Shown here: positions 30,352-41,505 of the stretch, piece by piece
How positions within the stretch are numbered: position 1 is the first letter of the stretch
Layout of the letters: each line of letters begins with the position of its first letter
Source: a plasmid
Sequence record: OW849071.1
Length of the DNA: 64,000 bases
Direction: 5' to 3' (one strand)
Position numbers and translations under genes: made by a program
Notes under the pieces: generated by a model
What the model was told of the DNA's origin: nothing
Databases searched by the model: none
The model's input: only the letters and a program-made list of their open reading frames with translations

Positions 30352-30627
30352 GTGGCTTCCATTTCCATCAGATGTCCTTCCTGCTCCGCTACTGAAGGCG
30401 TGGTGCGTAACGGCAAAAGCACTGCCGGACATCAGCGCTATCTCTGCTCTCACTGCCGTAAAACATGGCAACTACAGTTCACTTACACCGCCTCTCAGCC
30501 CGGTACGCACCAGAAAATCATTGATATGGCCATGAATGGCGTTGGATGCCGGGCAACCGCCCGCATTATGGGCGTTGGCCTCAACACGATTTTACGTCAC
30601 TTAAAAAACTCAGACCGCAGTCGGTAA
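30352..30627 (+). CDS. insA: IS1 InsA
   Basis: [76 protein letters not shown]... Apparent GTG start. Confidence 0.8.
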   Translation: MASISIRCPSCSATEGVVRNGKSTAGHQRYLCSHCRKTWQLQFTYTASQPGTHQKIIDMAMNGVGCRATARIMGVGLNTILRHLKNSDRSR

Positions 30628-31049
30628 CCTCACGCATACAACCGGGCAGTGACGTCATTGTTTGCGCGGAAATGGACGAACAGTGGGGTTACGTCGGTGC
30701 TAAATCACGCCAGCGCTGGTTGTTTTACGCGTATGACAGGATACGGAGGACGGTTGTGGCGCACGTATTCGGTGAACGCACGTTGTCCACGCTGGAGCGT
30801 CTTCTGGGCCTGCTGTCGGCCTTTGAGGTCGTGGTATGGATGACGGATGGCTGGCCGCTTTATGAATCACGCCTGAAGGGAGAACTGCACGTTATCAGCA
30901 AGCGATATACGCAGCGCATTGAGCGGCATAACCTGAATCTGAGGCAGCATCTGGCAAGGCTGGGCAGGAAGTCACTGTCGTTCTCAAAATCGGTGGAGCT
31001 GCATGACAAAGTCATCGGGCATTATCTGAACATAAAACACTATCAGTAA
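30546..31049 (+). CDS. insB: IS1 InsB
   Basis: 167-aa InsB frame overlapping insA in the -1 frame, as in IS1. Confidence 0.8.
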   Translation: MPGNRPHYGRWPQHDFTSLKKLRPQSVTSRIQPGSDVIVCAEMDEQWGYVGAKSRQRWLFYAYDRIRRTVVAHVFGERTLSTLERLLGLLSAFEVVVWMTDGWPLYESRLKGELHVISKRYTQRIERHNLNLRQHLARLGRKSLSFSKSVELHDKVIGHYLNIKHYQ

Positions 31050-31256
31050 GTTGGAGTCATTACCTTCTTTGCCGCCGGACATTGTCCGGCGCAACACCAA
31101 ACGGGTCTGGCGGGCTGAGCCAATCCCGCAGGCAAATTCAGCCCTTACCGGATGGCTCAGCCCCCTACTCATTGGAATTGGATATTCAACTTTCAGGGGC
31201 TACTGCGCCAGACTTCAGTCTTTAAAGTGATTGACTTAGCGCCTGGCACACTCAAT

Positions 31257-32264
31257 TTATTTAGGTAGCGGGCCTAATTGCACCCCATCAGGATAATACT
31301 TCCAGCCATCGCGAATTTTGACATTTTCATCCCACGGAAGTTTGTATTCGCCATTGGCAAGATCGCGCACCCAGGTCAGGTAATTCTCGCGTTCGCCTCC
31401 CGGTTTGCCGACATAGCCCCGGCAGCCAAGGTTGAAAATATTGTTTTCCAACGCCCAGTTTTCACGCGCTTTATCCACCAGGCGCGGGAACAGCTCTGCG
31501 GTAACAATTTCCCATGGGTTGCGGTGCCCCTGCTGAATGACGTTACCGTCATAATTGCAGACCGTACCCTCGCCGAAGTAATAAAAGACATCGTCATAAC
31601 CGGCCAGATTCACCGAAACGGTATACATCAGGTTTTGCCAGGCATTCGTCCGGTTGGTCCAGATCCACTGATCGTTCACCTGCGTGGAATAGCCCGAAAT
31701 ACGGATATAGACATTGCAGCCTTTATAAGCAGCCTCACGCGCCAGTTCCGGGAACATGCCGTCATGGCATATGCAGACGGCGAGTTTAGAACCTTTAGGC
31801 CCATCGCATACCGGCATTCCCATATTTCCCGGCATCCAGGGCTCAATCGGAACCCATGGTTGCAGCTTGCGGTAATGCAGAGCGATATCGCCCCGATCGT
31901 TAATGATAATAGCGGTGTTGTACGGTGGAAGAGACGGGTCTTCATTGCGCTCCATTAAGGAAAATACCCCCCAGATGCCGTTGCGGATACAGGCCTCTTT
32001 GAACTGACCAATCTCCGGGCTATCGAGAGTGAGTAACATCTCGTCATAGGTCCAGATTTTAGTATTCAGTCCCTGGGTTGAATATTCCGGGAAGACGATA
32101 ACATCAAGTCCCGGATATCCGGCTTTGGTGGAGTCAACGGCCTTACAAATCTTATCGACCTGTATCTGGATATCCTCCGGTCCTTTAATAACGGGAACGG
32201 GGTATTGGATGGCGGCAATTAATAACGCTTCATCCCAGGAGCTTACACTTCCGGTGCTACCCAT
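31257..32264 (-). CDS. amiF: Formamidase of the nitrilase/aliphatic-amidase superfamily (AmiF-type)
   Basis: 335 aa. Collinear with Helicobacter-type AmiF (MGS.GS...AAIQ.PVP...KAGYPG...[12 protein letters not shown]..., catalytic region [41 protein letters not shown]). Confidence 0.85.
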   Translation of the reverse strand: MGSTGSVSSWDEALLIAAIQYPVPVIKGPEDIQIQVDKICKAVDSTKAGYPGLDVIVFPEYSTQGLNTKIWTYDEMLLTLDSPEIGQFKEACIRNGIWGVFSLMERNEDPSLPPYNTAIIINDRGDIALHYRKLQPWVPIEPWMPGNMGMPVCDGPKGSKLAVCICHDGMFPELAREAAYKGCNVYIRISGYSTQVNDQWIWTNRTNAWQNLMYTVSVNLAGYDDVFYYFGEGTVCNYDGNVIQQGHRNPWEIVTAELFPRLVDKARENWALENNIFNLGCRGYVGKPGGERENYLTWVRDLANGEYKLPWDENVKIRDGWKYYPDGVQLGPLPK

Positions 32265-32299
32265 AGCAGACCTCTCGTAGTTAAGTTGGTGATATAAAT

Positions 32300-32989
32300 T
32301 TAAACCGACAGATATGACGCAATTTGTTCTTCATCAGCACCAGAACGCGCCTGTTGATGAACAATATTGCCTTTCTCAATAACAACAATTTTATCTGACA
32401 CATCGAGTACAAAGCTTAAAACCTGCTCGGAAACTAATATGGTCAACCCTTCTGCATCACGAATCTTACGTAATATTTTTGCCATTTCTTTAATAATTGA
32501 CGGTTGAATTCCCTCCGTTGGTTCATCCAGCAAAAGTAATTTGGGTTTACCGGCGAGAGCTCTGGCCATAACGAGCTGCTGCTGCTGACCACCGGAAAGA
32601 TTTCCCGCCATCCGTTTGCGCATTTCTTTCAGCACAGGGAAATAGTCATACAGGTATTCAGGAACCTGTAACGAACGGGATTGGCGAATCCCCGTTTTTA
32701 TATTTTCTTCAACCGTCATGGTTGAAAATACCATTCGCCCCTGCGGGACAAAGCCAATGCCATGCTGAACACGCTGGTAACTAAGCAAGCCGGTAATATT
32801 TGTACCGGCAAACTCTAACTCACCGGCACAGGACGGTATCATACCAATCAGTGATTTCATCAGCGTGGTTTTACCCATACCATTGCGCCCTACCAGAGCG
32901 ACGATTTCACCCTCTGCTAACGTCAGATTCAGTCCACTGATGACCTGGCTCTGACCATATGCGACAGCATAATCAGAAATTTTCAGCAT
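32300..32989 (-). CDS. urtE: ABC transporter ATP-binding protein (UrtE/LivF-like)
   Basis: Walker [10 protein letters not shown], signature LSGGQQQ, Walker B LLLDEP. Start taken at MLKISDYAV. Confidence 0.8.
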   Translation of the reverse strand: MLKISDYAVAYGQSQVISGLNLTLAEGEIVALVGRNGMGKTTLMKSLIGMIPSCAGELEFAGTNITGLLSYQRVQHGIGFVPQGRMVFSTMTVEENIKTGIRQSRSLQVPEYLYDYFPVLKEMRKRMAGNLSGGQQQQLVMARALAGKPKLLLLDEPTEGIQPSIIKEMAKILRKIRDAEGLTILVSEQVLSFVLDVSDKIVVIEKGNIVHQQARSGADEEQIASYLSV

Positions 32990-32999
32990 CCGTGTCTCC

Positions 33000-33749
33000 T
33001 TAATGACCAAGATAAACGTCAATAACCCGAGGGTCGTTTTTGACTTTATTGATGCTACCTTCCGACAATACTTTTCCCTGGTGCATGACGGTGACATGAT
33101 CGGCAATGTCTTCGACGAACTGCATGTCGTGTTCAATCACCAGTACAGAACGTCCCCCGGCAATTTTGCGCAGGAGCTGCGCGGTTTTTTGGCGTTCGGC
33201 GACAGACATGCCTGCCACGGGTTCGTCCAGCATCATGAGCTTAGGATCTTGTATTAGTAGCATCCCTATTTCTAACCACTGCTTTTGCCCATGGCTGAGA
33301 AGGTCAGCCTGCGTATGTAGGTAATCGGCAAGGAAAATTTCGCCAGCAACCTGTTCGACCGCAGCGATTATTTCTGGCGTGCGACGAAAGAACATGGCGC
33401 CCAACGCGGTTCTGGCTTTGGGATAAGATAACTCGAGATTTTCAAATACCGTTAAGTTCTCATAGATTGATGGATTCTGGAATTTACGCCCAACCCCTTC
33501 ATGAACAATTTTATTTTCCCGAAGTTTACTCAGTTCCTTATTGCGAAATTTGATGCTGCCGCTGGTTAGCTTTGTTTTCCCGCAAATGAGATCAAGCACT
33601 GTTGTCTTACCCGCGCCATTTGGGCCAATAATAACGTAAATCTGCCCCTCATCGATGTACATTGAAAAATCATCGACGGCTTTGAAGCCATTAAATGAAA
33701 CGGTTAATCCCTCTACCGCTAAAATTATTTCTTTTATCGGATTTTTCAT
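33000..33749 (-). CDS. urtD: ABC transporter ATP-binding protein (UrtD/LivG-like)
   Basis: Walker A GPNGAGKTT, signature LSHGQKQ, Walker B MMLDEP. Confidence 0.8.
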   Translation of the reverse strand: MKNPIKEIILAVEGLTVSFNGFKAVDDFSMYIDEGQIYVIIGPNGAGKTTVLDLICGKTKLTSGSIKFRNKELSKLRENKIVHEGVGRKFQNPSIYENLTVFENLELSYPKARTALGAMFFRRTPEIIAAVEQVAGEIFLADYLHTQADLLSHGQKQWLEIGMLLIQDPKLMMLDEPVAGMSVAERQKTAQLLRKIAGGRSVLVIEHDMQFVEDIADHVTVMHQGKVLSEGSINKVKNDPRVIDVYLGH

Positions 33750-34256
33750 TTCAGCACTCCGGTGTTTACTCTGGGTTTGGTCATACTCTTTTTGCGCAGC
33801 AGCGACATCACGATCGGGTGAATATATTGCTGATAAAGCCCTGCCAGTCCTTTCGGGAAAATCAGCACGACGGCAATAAAGAGCAGGCCCATGGCAATCG
33901 TCCAGAGTTCAGGAAAAGACTCGGAAATACTGCTCTTGGCGGCATTGACGATAAGGGCGCCATATACTGCCCCCAGCAAAGAACCTCGCCCGCCCACGGC
34001 ACAGAAAACGACCATTTCAATTGAAGCAACAGTGCCAATAAACCCTGGCGACATGAACCCTACTTGCAGAGTGAACATCGCGCCACCGATCGCCGAAAAC
34101 AGAGCGCTAATGCAGAAAACCACCGTTTTGATATTCGCGACATCATAACCAGAGAAACGAACGCGGTCTTCCTTATCGCGAATGGCAACCATCAGTCGGC
34201 CGAGCTTGCTATTCACAATAAAATAGCCCGCGCTCACAACCAGCATCAGTAAAACA
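33746..34256 (-). pseudogene. urtC: ABC permease (UrtC/LivM-like), C-terminal part separated from its N-terminus by IS1
   Basis: Hydrophobic permease sequence that runs directly into the IS1 copy 2 inverted repeat. Confidence 0.7.
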
Positions 34257-34311
34257 GGTGATGCTACCAACTTGCTGATTTAGTGTATAATGGTGTTTTT
34301 GAGGTGCTCCC

Positions 34312-34587
34312 GTGGCTTCAGTCTCCGTCTGCTGTCCCTCCTGTTCCGCTACTGAAGGCGTGATGCGTAATGGCAAAAGTACTGCCGGGCATCAACGTTA
34401 TCTCTGCTCTCACTGCCGTAAAACATGGCAGCTCACCTTCACTTATGCCGCTTCTCAGCCCGGTACACACCAGAAAATCATTGATATGGCTATGAACGGC
34501 GTCGGTTGCCGTGCCACCGCACGACTAATGGGCGTGGGCCTCAACACCATTTTGCGCCATTTAAAAAACTCAGGCCGCAGTCAGTAA
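34312..34587 (+). CDS. insA: IS1 InsA
   Basis: 91 aa. [41 protein letters not shown]... Confidence 0.9.
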   Translation: MASVSVCCPSCSATEGVMRNGKSTAGHQRYLCSHCRKTWQLTFTYAASQPGTHQKIIDMAMNGVGCRATARLMGVGLNTILRHLKNSGRSQ

Positions 34588-35009
34588 CCTCCCGGATACA
34601 GCCGGGCAGTGATGTCATTGTCTGTGCGGAGATGGACGAGCAATGGGGCTACGTCGGTGCAAAATCACGTCAGCGCTGGCTGTTTTACGCGTATGACAGG
34701 ATACGCAGGGCGGTGGTAGCCCACGTTTTCGGTGAACGCACTATGGCCACACTGGAGCGTCTTCTGAGCCTGCTGTCAGTTTTTGACGTGGTGGTATGGA
34801 TGACGGACGGCTGGCCGATGTATGAGTCACGTCTGAAGGGAAAACTGCACGTCATCAGTAAGCGTTACACGCAGCGAATTGAGCGACACAACCTGAATCT
34901 GAGACAGCATCTGGCAAGGCTGGGCAGGAAGTCCCTGTCGTTCTCAAAATCGGTGGAGCTGCATGACAAAGTCATCGGGCACTATCTGAACATAAAACAC
35001 TATCAGTAA
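34506..35009 (+). CDS. insB: IS1 InsB
   Basis: 167-aa InsB frame. Confidence 0.85.
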   Translation: MPCHRTTNGRGPQHHFAPFKKLRPQSVTSRIQPGSDVIVCAEMDEQWGYVGAKSRQRWLFYAYDRIRRAVVAHVFGERTMATLERLLSLLSVFDVVVWMTDGWPMYESRLKGKLHVISKRYTQRIERHNLNLRQHLARLGRKSLSFSKSVELHDKVIGHYLNIKHYQ

Positions 35010-35024
35010 ATTGGAGTCATTACC

Positions 35025-35640
35025 GTAAAACAGCATTAATAAAGTAGAGGATATAGCGTGCAGAATCAGTACGGATATCCCAACCTAAAAGCGTGCGTAA
35101 ATCCGTGATGCCGTTAATTCCCCCGGTGTAACCCTGTTGTCCGATAATAAGAATCGTCAGGATCGCGGAGATAGCCTGGGTGATAATAGCGAAGTACACC
35201 CCGCCAACGCGGCGTTTAAACATTGCGCTGCCGAGAATCCATGCGCAAATAGTGGGCACGATTAAAATAGCCAGAATTGTCAGACTAAAAGAATGGAATG
35301 GCTGCCAGAACGAGGGCAAAGCGGTTAGCTGATTCCAGTCCATAAAATCCGGGATGCCCGGGGTGGTTTGCATTTTTGTTTCCGCTGGCGAGGAAGCTTC
35401 CAGCTTGAGAAACATGGCCATACAATAACCGCCGAGGCCAAAAAAGATGCCCTGCCCCAGGCTCAGAATACCGCTGTAGCCCCAACAAAGTACCAGCCCG
35501 ACGGCAACAAATGCATAAGTCAGGTATTTACCGATCAGGTTTAAACGGAAAAGATCCAGGGTTAGCGGCATGACGATAAAAATAAGGCCTATCACCAGGG
35601 CAATACCCAGTAGCGGATAATTTTGCATGCGTTTCATCAT
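35025..35640 (-). pseudogene. urtC: ABC permease (UrtC/LivM-like), N-terminal part
   Basis: The N-terminal TM helices of the same permease, upstream of the IS1 insertion point. Confidence 0.7.
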
Positions 35641-35646
35641 AAACTC

Positions 35647-36573
35647 CTAGCGGCGGACCCGGTTGGCGAAAAGACCTTGCGGACGCAATAGCAGAATGCC
35701 GACCACGATCAGTAGCGTAATCACCTTCGCCATTGAACCGCTCAGGAAAAACTCCAGCGTGGATTGCGATTGTGAAATGGCAAATGCGGAGGCGAGCGTG
35801 CCGAGCAAACTTTGCGCGCCGCCAAACACCACCACCAGGAAGGTGTCAACGATATACTGCTGGCCAGCCGTTGGACCTGTTGAGCCGATCATGGTAAAGG
35901 CGCTTCCGGCGATCCCGGCGATGCCGCACCCAAGTGCGAAGGTTCGACTATCGACCTGAGCCGTATTAATACCCACCGCGCTGGCCATCTGGCGGTTAAG
36001 TACCACCGCGCGGACTTTTATTCCCCAGGCGGAGAAATAAATCAGCCAGGCCGTAAAAGCGGTAATAACTACGGTCAGCAGCAGAACAAATACCCCATTA
36101 ACAGGAATATCAATATTGTCGGCAAACTGATACGACCCCATTAGCCATGAAGGTAAGTCAACGCCGACTTCGCGGGGACCAAATAGCGAACGATAGCACT
36201 GCTGTAGAATCAGGCTCAGACCCCATGTCGCCAGCAGCGTGTCGAGGGGGCGTTTATACAGATGCCGTATCAGGATTTTCTCAACGAGCGTACCCAGCAA
36301 GGCGGTACACAGGAAAGCAAGGGCAATGGCAACAAAGAAGTAGATGCCGAAGATTGAAGGCAGATAAGCGCTGAAAAACTTACCGGTCAACCATGTGACA
36401 TAAGCACCCAGGATCATGAACTCGCCATGAGCCATATTAATCACGCCCATCTGGCCAAAAATAATAGCGAGTCCAAGCGACATCAGAACAAACACGGCGA
36501 ACAGGCTGAGCCCCGAAAACCCCTGCATGACAAAAATGGAAGCCAAATCGGCGAAGTTATAATCGCTGAACAT
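35647..36573 (-). CDS. urtB: ABC permease (UrtB/LivH-like)
   Basis: Multi-TM branched-chain-type permease. Start taken at MFSDYNFADL (the longer ORF to 36732 would overlap urtA). Confidence 0.75.
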   Translation of the reverse strand: MFSDYNFADLASIFVMQGFSGLSLFAVFVLMSLGLAIIFGQMGVINMAHGEFMILGAYVTWLTGKFFSAYLPSIFGIYFFVAIALAFLCTALLGTLVEKILIRHLYKRPLDTLLATWGLSLILQQCYRSLFGPREVGVDLPSWLMGSYQFADNIDIPVNGVFVLLLTVVITAFTAWLIYFSAWGIKVRAVVLNRQMASAVGINTAQVDSRTFALGCGIAGIAGSAFTMIGSTGPTAGQQYIVDTFLVVVFGGAQSLLGTLASAFAISQSQSTLEFFLSGSMAKVITLLIVVGILLLRPQGLFANRVRR

Positions 36574-36629
36574 GGAAGTATCCTCGGTGAAGTCAAAGCC
36601 CCCCCACGCTATATGGGGGGAAGCGTCGG

Positions 36630-37874
36630 TTAGTCTTTCGGGAATGGGTTCGGTTCGATAAGTTCTGGCGTCTGATAAATCACGTCGTACTGCCCATCCG
36701 CACGAGCGCGACCGATAACCGTTTTGGACCACAGATGATGGTTATCATGGATGCGTACATACCCTTCCGGCGCATCTTTGAACTCAATACCGGGCGAGGC
36801 CTTACGAATTTTGTCCACGTCGAACGAGCCAGCTTTCTCAACCGCCGCTTTCCATAACCATGGGCCAAGATAGGCCGCCTGAGTGACATCGCCGATAACC
36901 ATGTCATTACCCCAGCGCTTTTTAAATGCGGCGACAAAGCTTTTATTTTCCGGATTATCCATACTCTGGAAATACTTCATCGAGGCATAGGCGCCGACGA
37001 TATTTTCGCCGCCAATACCGCGGATCTCATCTTCCGTGACGGAGATGGTCAGCAGCAGCGGTTTCTCCTGCGTCATATCGATCCCCGCCGCCTTCAATTG
37101 CTTATAGAAGGCCACATTCGAACCGCCGACAACAATGGCATAGATAACATCAGGCTTTTTGAGTTTTATTTTGTTAATAACCGAATTGAACTGCGTATTA
37201 CCGAGTGGGTAATAATCTTCGCCAACGACTTTCAGCCCCAGCTTTTCAATATGGTGACGGGCGATTTTGTTTGCAGTACGCGGCCAAATATAATCAGAGC
37301 CAAGCAGGTAGAAGGTTTTTGCATGTTTATTTTTAACTACCCAATCAATGCCGGAGATTATCTGTTGAGTAGCTTCCTGTCCGGTATAAATAACGTTTGG
37401 CGATTGCTCAAGCCCTTCGTAAAAGGTTGGGTAATAGAGCATGCCGTTATATTGCTCAAGTACCGGCAGCATGGCTTTGCGGGAAGCCGAAGTCCAGCCG
37501 CCGAAGATAGCGGCGACCTTATCACTGACCAGTAACTTACGCGCTTTTTCTGCAAAGGTCGGCCAGTCGCTGGCCCCGTCTTCCTGTACATATTCAATTT
37601 TTCTCCCCAGTACCCCTCCGGCAGCGTTAATCTGCTCAATAGCCAGCTTTTCAGCCTGAATCGAGCCGGTTTCACTGATGGCCATCGTGCCTGTGGATGA
37701 ATGCAGTATCCCGACCTTGACGCTATTGTCGGTGACCGCCAGGCCCGTGGTATTAACCACTGACGTCGCCGGGGCGGCGATGGCCGTATTAGCTGCCATC
37801 ATCAGGCCGGCAATCGCCAAAAGTTTCGCTTTGAGGCACGCCTGGTGAAACCGGCCTGGGCTCGGTATTTTCAT
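36630..37874 (-). CDS. urtA: Periplasmic urea/short-chain-amide binding protein (UrtA/FmdD-like, LivJ fold)
   Basis: Signal peptide (AIAGLMMAANTAIAAPA) and a type-I periplasmic binding fold with UrtA-like motifs (KVGILHSSTGTMAISE..., KVAAIFGGWTSASRKAMLPVLEQYNGMLYYPTFYEG). Confidence 0.8.
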   Translation of the reverse strand: MKIPSPGRFHQACLKAKLLAIAGLMMAANTAIAAPATSVVNTTGLAVTDNSVKVGILHSSTGTMAISETGSIQAEKLAIEQINAAGGVLGRKIEYVQEDGASDWPTFAEKARKLLVSDKVAAIFGGWTSASRKAMLPVLEQYNGMLYYPTFYEGLEQSPNVIYTGQEATQQIISGIDWVVKNKHAKTFYLLGSDYIWPRTANKIARHHIEKLGLKVVGEDYYPLGNTQFNSVINKIKLKKPDVIYAIVVGGSNVAFYKQLKAAGIDMTQEKPLLLTISVTEDEIRGIGGENIVGAYASMKYFQSMDNPENKSFVAAFKKRWGNDMVIGDVTQAAYLGPWLWKAAVEKAGSFDVDKIRKASPGIEFKDAPEGYVRIHDNHHLWSKTVIGRARADGQYDVIYQTPELIEPNPFPKD

Positions 37875-38124
37875 ATTGCTATGTGGCTGGGGTAAATCAC
37901 GAATGTTCATGGTAGCCCTCATAATCGTTATGGTTCATCTCAACTGGGGCTATCATGCGAGAGAGTCCATCAATCCAACAATGCGCGAGGTAACGCAGCG
38001 GCTACGTCATTTAACGTATTGGTTAATTCTCATAATCAAGACATGCTCACGTGCGCGATAACAAGAAAATACTAAGACGCGCCTGTGGTTAAGTTCAGCA
38101 TTTTTATCATTTCAGGAGCAGTGA

Positions 38125-41100
38125 ATGACCGTTCAGCAAAAGGCGTTTAAATCGCGCAGACGCTACAACCAGTGGGTGACCAATCAGACTCTCGAGGATT
38201 TTGCGCTCCGCTATACGCCGGTCTCGGCACGACGCTGGAGCGCAAAGCGAGTTGTTATGACAGCGCTCAGCGCAATTACCTTTTTGGCGCTTGAAGCCAT
38301 TGGCGGCGCGCTGACGTTAACCTATGGATTTAATTATGTGGTGGTGGCGGTTATCTTAGTTAGCATTATTATCTTTGCGCTATCAATGCCGATTGCCATT
38401 AATGCCGCAAAAAACGGCCTGGATATTGATTTGCTGACCCGCGGCGCCGGATTTGGCTACCTTGGTTCCACGGTGACCTCGTTAATCTATGCTTCTTTCA
38501 CCTTTATATTTTTCGCCCTGGAAGCCGCTATTATGGCGATGGCGCTTAATATGCTGTTTGGCCTGCCATTGCACTTTGGTTATCTGATTGGTTCCGTTGT
38601 TGTTATTCCCCTCGTCACCTGGGGGTTCACTTTTATTTCCCGTTTTCAGCAGTTCACCCAGTTTTGCTGGCTGGCGCTACAGCTATTACCCTTTATTTTC
38701 ATTTTAATACGTGAACATCATGTGCTGCAAAACTGGATCGACTTCCCTGGTTTTATTACAGCCCGCGATGGTTCTTTCGATTTCCTTCAGCTCGGCGCCG
38801 TCTGTTCCGTACTGCTCTCACTGGTAAGTCAAGTGGGAGAGCAGGTCGATCAGGTTCGTTTTTTACCAAAGCCACAACATCCGGCCCGCTGGAGATGGTA
38901 TGGCGCAGTAATTGCCGCAGGTCCGGGGTGGGTTGTCATCGGCGCCATCAAGATCCTGCTCGGCTCCTTCCTCGCCGTGCTGGCGTTTAATTACGGACTC
39001 GGCGCGGAACTGGCCAGCGAACCCACCCATATGTATCTGGTGGCATTTAGCTATGTCACCCATTCATCATCAACGCTACTGGCATTAACCGGTATTTTTG
39101 TGGTGCTCTCCCAGCTCAAAATTAACGTCACCAATGCATATGCCGGCTCGATCGCATGGTCTAATTTTTTCCTGCGCCTGACCCATCGTCATCCAGGGCG
39201 CGTCGTGTGGCTGTTTTTTAATGTCGGTATTGCTCTGTTATTGATGGAACTTGGCGTTTATCGCGTATTTGAGGATATCCTGGGCATTTATGCGGTGGCG
39301 GCCACATCCTGGCTTGGCAGCGTGGTTGCCGATATCACCTTAAATAAGTGGCTTAAATTACGACCAGCGGAAATAGAGTTTCGCCGGGCCTATCTCTACG
39401 ATATCAATCCTGTCGGCATCGGTTCGATGACGCTCGCCATGCTCTGCGGTCTCTCAGCCTGGATGGGATGGCTTGGTCATCCTCTACAGGTTTTTGCCTC
39501 AATGTTATCGTTGTGTCTGACGTTTATCACCGCCCCCTTCATCGCCTGGCTGACTCGCGGACGTTACTATTTTTCCCGGACGCCGGTGCAGGTCACGGCA
39601 ACGGAATGCTGTGTCTGCGGTAATTATTTTGAAAAACCAGAGATGAGCTATTGTCCTTTTTATCAGGGCAGTATTTGCTCACTATGTTGTTCTCTCGATG
39701 TCCAGTGCAACGATACTTGCAAACCTCATGCGCGCTATACGGAACAGGCTTCAAAGCTTATCGGGATATTTATTAAAGAAAAATCATTACGCAAAATTGA
39801 TCCCAGAGTGTGGAGTTTTATCAGCATTTTGCTGTTATTCAGTTCCGTCATCGGTCTGCTTTTGATGCTGGTTTTCGCTCAGATGCGCGATGAATTCGGC
39901 AGCGAGCAGGACCTTCTCGCCGCGGCGTTATGGAAAGTTTTTTTTATCCTGCTTATCGTAACCGGCGTCACCACCTGGCTATTTGTCCTGACAAATAAAA
40001 GTCGCCAGATTGCGCAAGAGGAATTGCGCCTGCAAAGCGACCGTCTGATGAAAGAAATTATTGCCCATGAAGCGACGGACCGGCAATTGCAGCAGGCAAA
40101 GGAAGATGCCGACGATGCTAATCAGGCCAAAAGCCGCTATCTCACCGGGATTACTCATGAACTCAGAACGCCGCTCAATGCGATGCTGGGTTATGCGCAA
40201 TTACTCGAACGTGCTGATGATATCCCTCCAGCCCGGCAGCGCGGTATCGGTATTATGCGCAGAAGCGGCGAGCATCTGGCTAATCTAATTGAGGGATTAC
40301 TGGATATTTCGAAAATTGAAGCGGGAAAATTAGAAATATATCGTGAAGAAGTGCGCATTGGCGATTTGGTGCAGCAACTGGTCGCCATGTTTGAACAACA
40401 GGCCAGCGATAAAGGACTGACATTTCACTACAACGCCCCACACTGGCTGCCCGAGGCGGTGATGACGGATGAGAAACGCCTCCGGCAAATTCTTATCAAT
40501 CTGCTTTCTAATGCGGTTAAATTCACGGACAGAGGCAGTGTAACCCTCGATTTCCAGTATCGTAGCGAGGTGGCGTTTTTCTCGGTTCACGATACCGGCA
40601 TCGGCATCGCCCCTGAGAACCTGGAACGCATCTTTAAGCCTTTCGAACGCGTATCCGGCGATAGTCGTCGGATCGGGACGGGCCTTGGGCTGACGATTAC
40701 CCGGCTTCTGACTTATATCATGGGTGGCGATCTCCAGGTGGAAAGCATCCGTGGCGAAGGCACAACGTTTAAACTCACCCTGATGCTGCCAAGCTATAGC
40801 GGGGATGCCTACCAACCCGCCGAGCCTGCGGTAATCACCGGATATCCAGGCAAGCGACACACCCTGCTGGTAGTTGACGATGATGAATCCCATCGGCAGC
40901 TGATGATGGATTTACTCACGCCCATAGGCTTCACGCTGCTAACAGCCGAAAATGGTCATGTCGCGCTACATTTAGCCCGGCAAAATCATATCGACCTTCT
41001 TCTTCTGGATGTTGCAATGCCTGAAATGTCGGGGTGGGAACTGCTACGTCAGTTACGTAATAAGGGACAATTAGCGCCGGTAATTATGATTTCTGCGGAA

Positions 41101-41505
41101 GCGGATGAGGGTAAATGCCGCCACTTCACTGGCGAAGGGGAAGTTCGCTACCTGGTTAAACCGCTGCGTTTCCCTTTACTACTGGAGAACATCGGTGAAA
41201 TATTGCATCTCCAGTGGCGCACGGAATGTCAGCCGCCAAAGCAGCCGGAAATACATGAACCACGCTCGCAGCTTACCCGTGTCCAGATTGAGTCGTTAAA
41301 AGAGATGGCCAGATTGGGTTATGTGAGAGGGTTTCGTGAACTGCTGGACAAACATATTTCCGCTAACCAGATCAGCAAAGCCGAGGGCGAAAAATTTGCC
41401 GAGTTGCTGAGGCGCTTTCGATTCAAAGAGATAGTCGAGAGTCTTGAACGCCCGGAGGGAGAGAAAAATGGCAATAGCAAAGCCGACGGTACTTATCGTC
41501 GATGA
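38125..41505 (+). CDS. Hybrid sensor histidine kinase (1126 aa) with an N-terminal ~12-TM permease-like domain (NCS1/purine-cytosine-permease-like), HisKA, HATPase_c and a C-terminal receiver
   Basis: The N-terminal ~520 aa are polytopic membrane sequence resembling nucleobase/NCS1 permeases. Then a coiled-coil. H-box ITHELRTPLNAMLGYAQLL. G-box GTGLGLTITRLL. Receiver LLVVDDDESHRQLMMDLL...LLLDVAMPEMSG. Confidence 0.8.
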   Translation: MTVQQKAFKSRRRYNQWVTNQTLEDFALRYTPVSARRWSAKRVVMTALSAITFLALEAIGGALTLTYGFNYVVVAVILVSIIIFALSMPIAINAAKNGLDIDLLTRGAGFGYLGSTVTSLIYASFTFIFFALEAAIMAMALNMLFGLPLHFGYLIGSVVVIPLVTWGFTFISRFQQFTQFCWLALQLLPFIFILIREHHVLQNWIDFPGFITARDGSFDFLQLGAVCSVLLSLVSQVGEQVDQVRFLPKPQHPARWRWYGAVIAAGPGWVVIGAIKILLGSFLAVLAFNYGLGAELASEPTHMYLVAFSYVTHSSSTLLALTGIFVVLSQLKINVTNAYAGSIAWSNFFLRLTHRHPGRVVWLFFNVGIALLLMELGVYRVFEDILGIYAVAATSWLGSVVADITLNKWLKLRPAEIEFRRAYLYDINPVGIGSMTLAMLCGLSAWMGWLGHPLQVFASMLSLCLTFITAPFIAWLTRGRYYFSRTPVQVTATECCVCGNYFEKPEMSYCPFYQGSICSLCCSLDVQCNDTCKPHARYTEQASKLIGIFIKEKSLRKIDPRVWSFISILLLFSSVIGLLLMLVFAQMRDEFGSEQDLLAAALWKVFFILLIVTGVTTWLFVLTNKSRQIAQEELRLQSDRLMKEIIAHEATDRQLQQAKEDADDANQAKSRYLTGITHELRTPLNAMLGYAQLLERADDIPPARQRGIGIMRRSGEHLANLIEGLLDISKIEAGKLEIYREEVRIGDLVQQLVAMFEQQASDKGLTFHYNAPHWLPEAVMTDEKRLRQILINLLSNAVKFTDRGSVTLDFQYRSEVAFFSVHDTGIGIAPENLERIFKPFERVSGDSRRIGTGLGLTITRLLTYIMGGDLQVESIRGEGTTFKLTLMLPSYSGDAYQPAEPAVITGYPGKRHTLLVVDDDESHRQLMMDLLTPIGFTLLTAENGHVALHLARQNHIDLLLLDVAMPEMSGWELLRQLRNKGQLAPVIMISAEADEGKCRHFTGEGEVRYLVKPLRFPLLLENIGEILHLQWRTECQPPKQPEIHEPRSQLTRVQIESLKEMARLGYVRGFRELLDKHISANQISKAEGEKFAELLRRFRFKEIVESLERPEGEKNGNSKADGTYRR

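Larger units (their letters stand above)
30350..31064 (+). mobile_element. IS1 copy 1. Right end intact, left ~50 bp replaced/divergent, and no recognisable IRL.
   Basis: insA (GTG start near 30352, to 30627) and insB (30546..31049) with the usual overlap. IRR GGTAATGACTCCAACTTACTGAT (complement) ends at 31064. Sequence upstream of GTGGCTTCC does not match the IS1 left end. Confidence 0.8.
34257..35024 (+). mobile_element. IS1 copy 2 (768 bp, complete) with an 8-bp target-site duplication GTAAAACA
   Basis: IRL GGTGATGCTACCAACTTGCTGAT at 34257. IRR ends CATTACC at 35024. insA 34312..34587, insB 34506..35009. Flanking direct repeats at 34249-34256 and 35025-35032. Confidence 0.9.
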
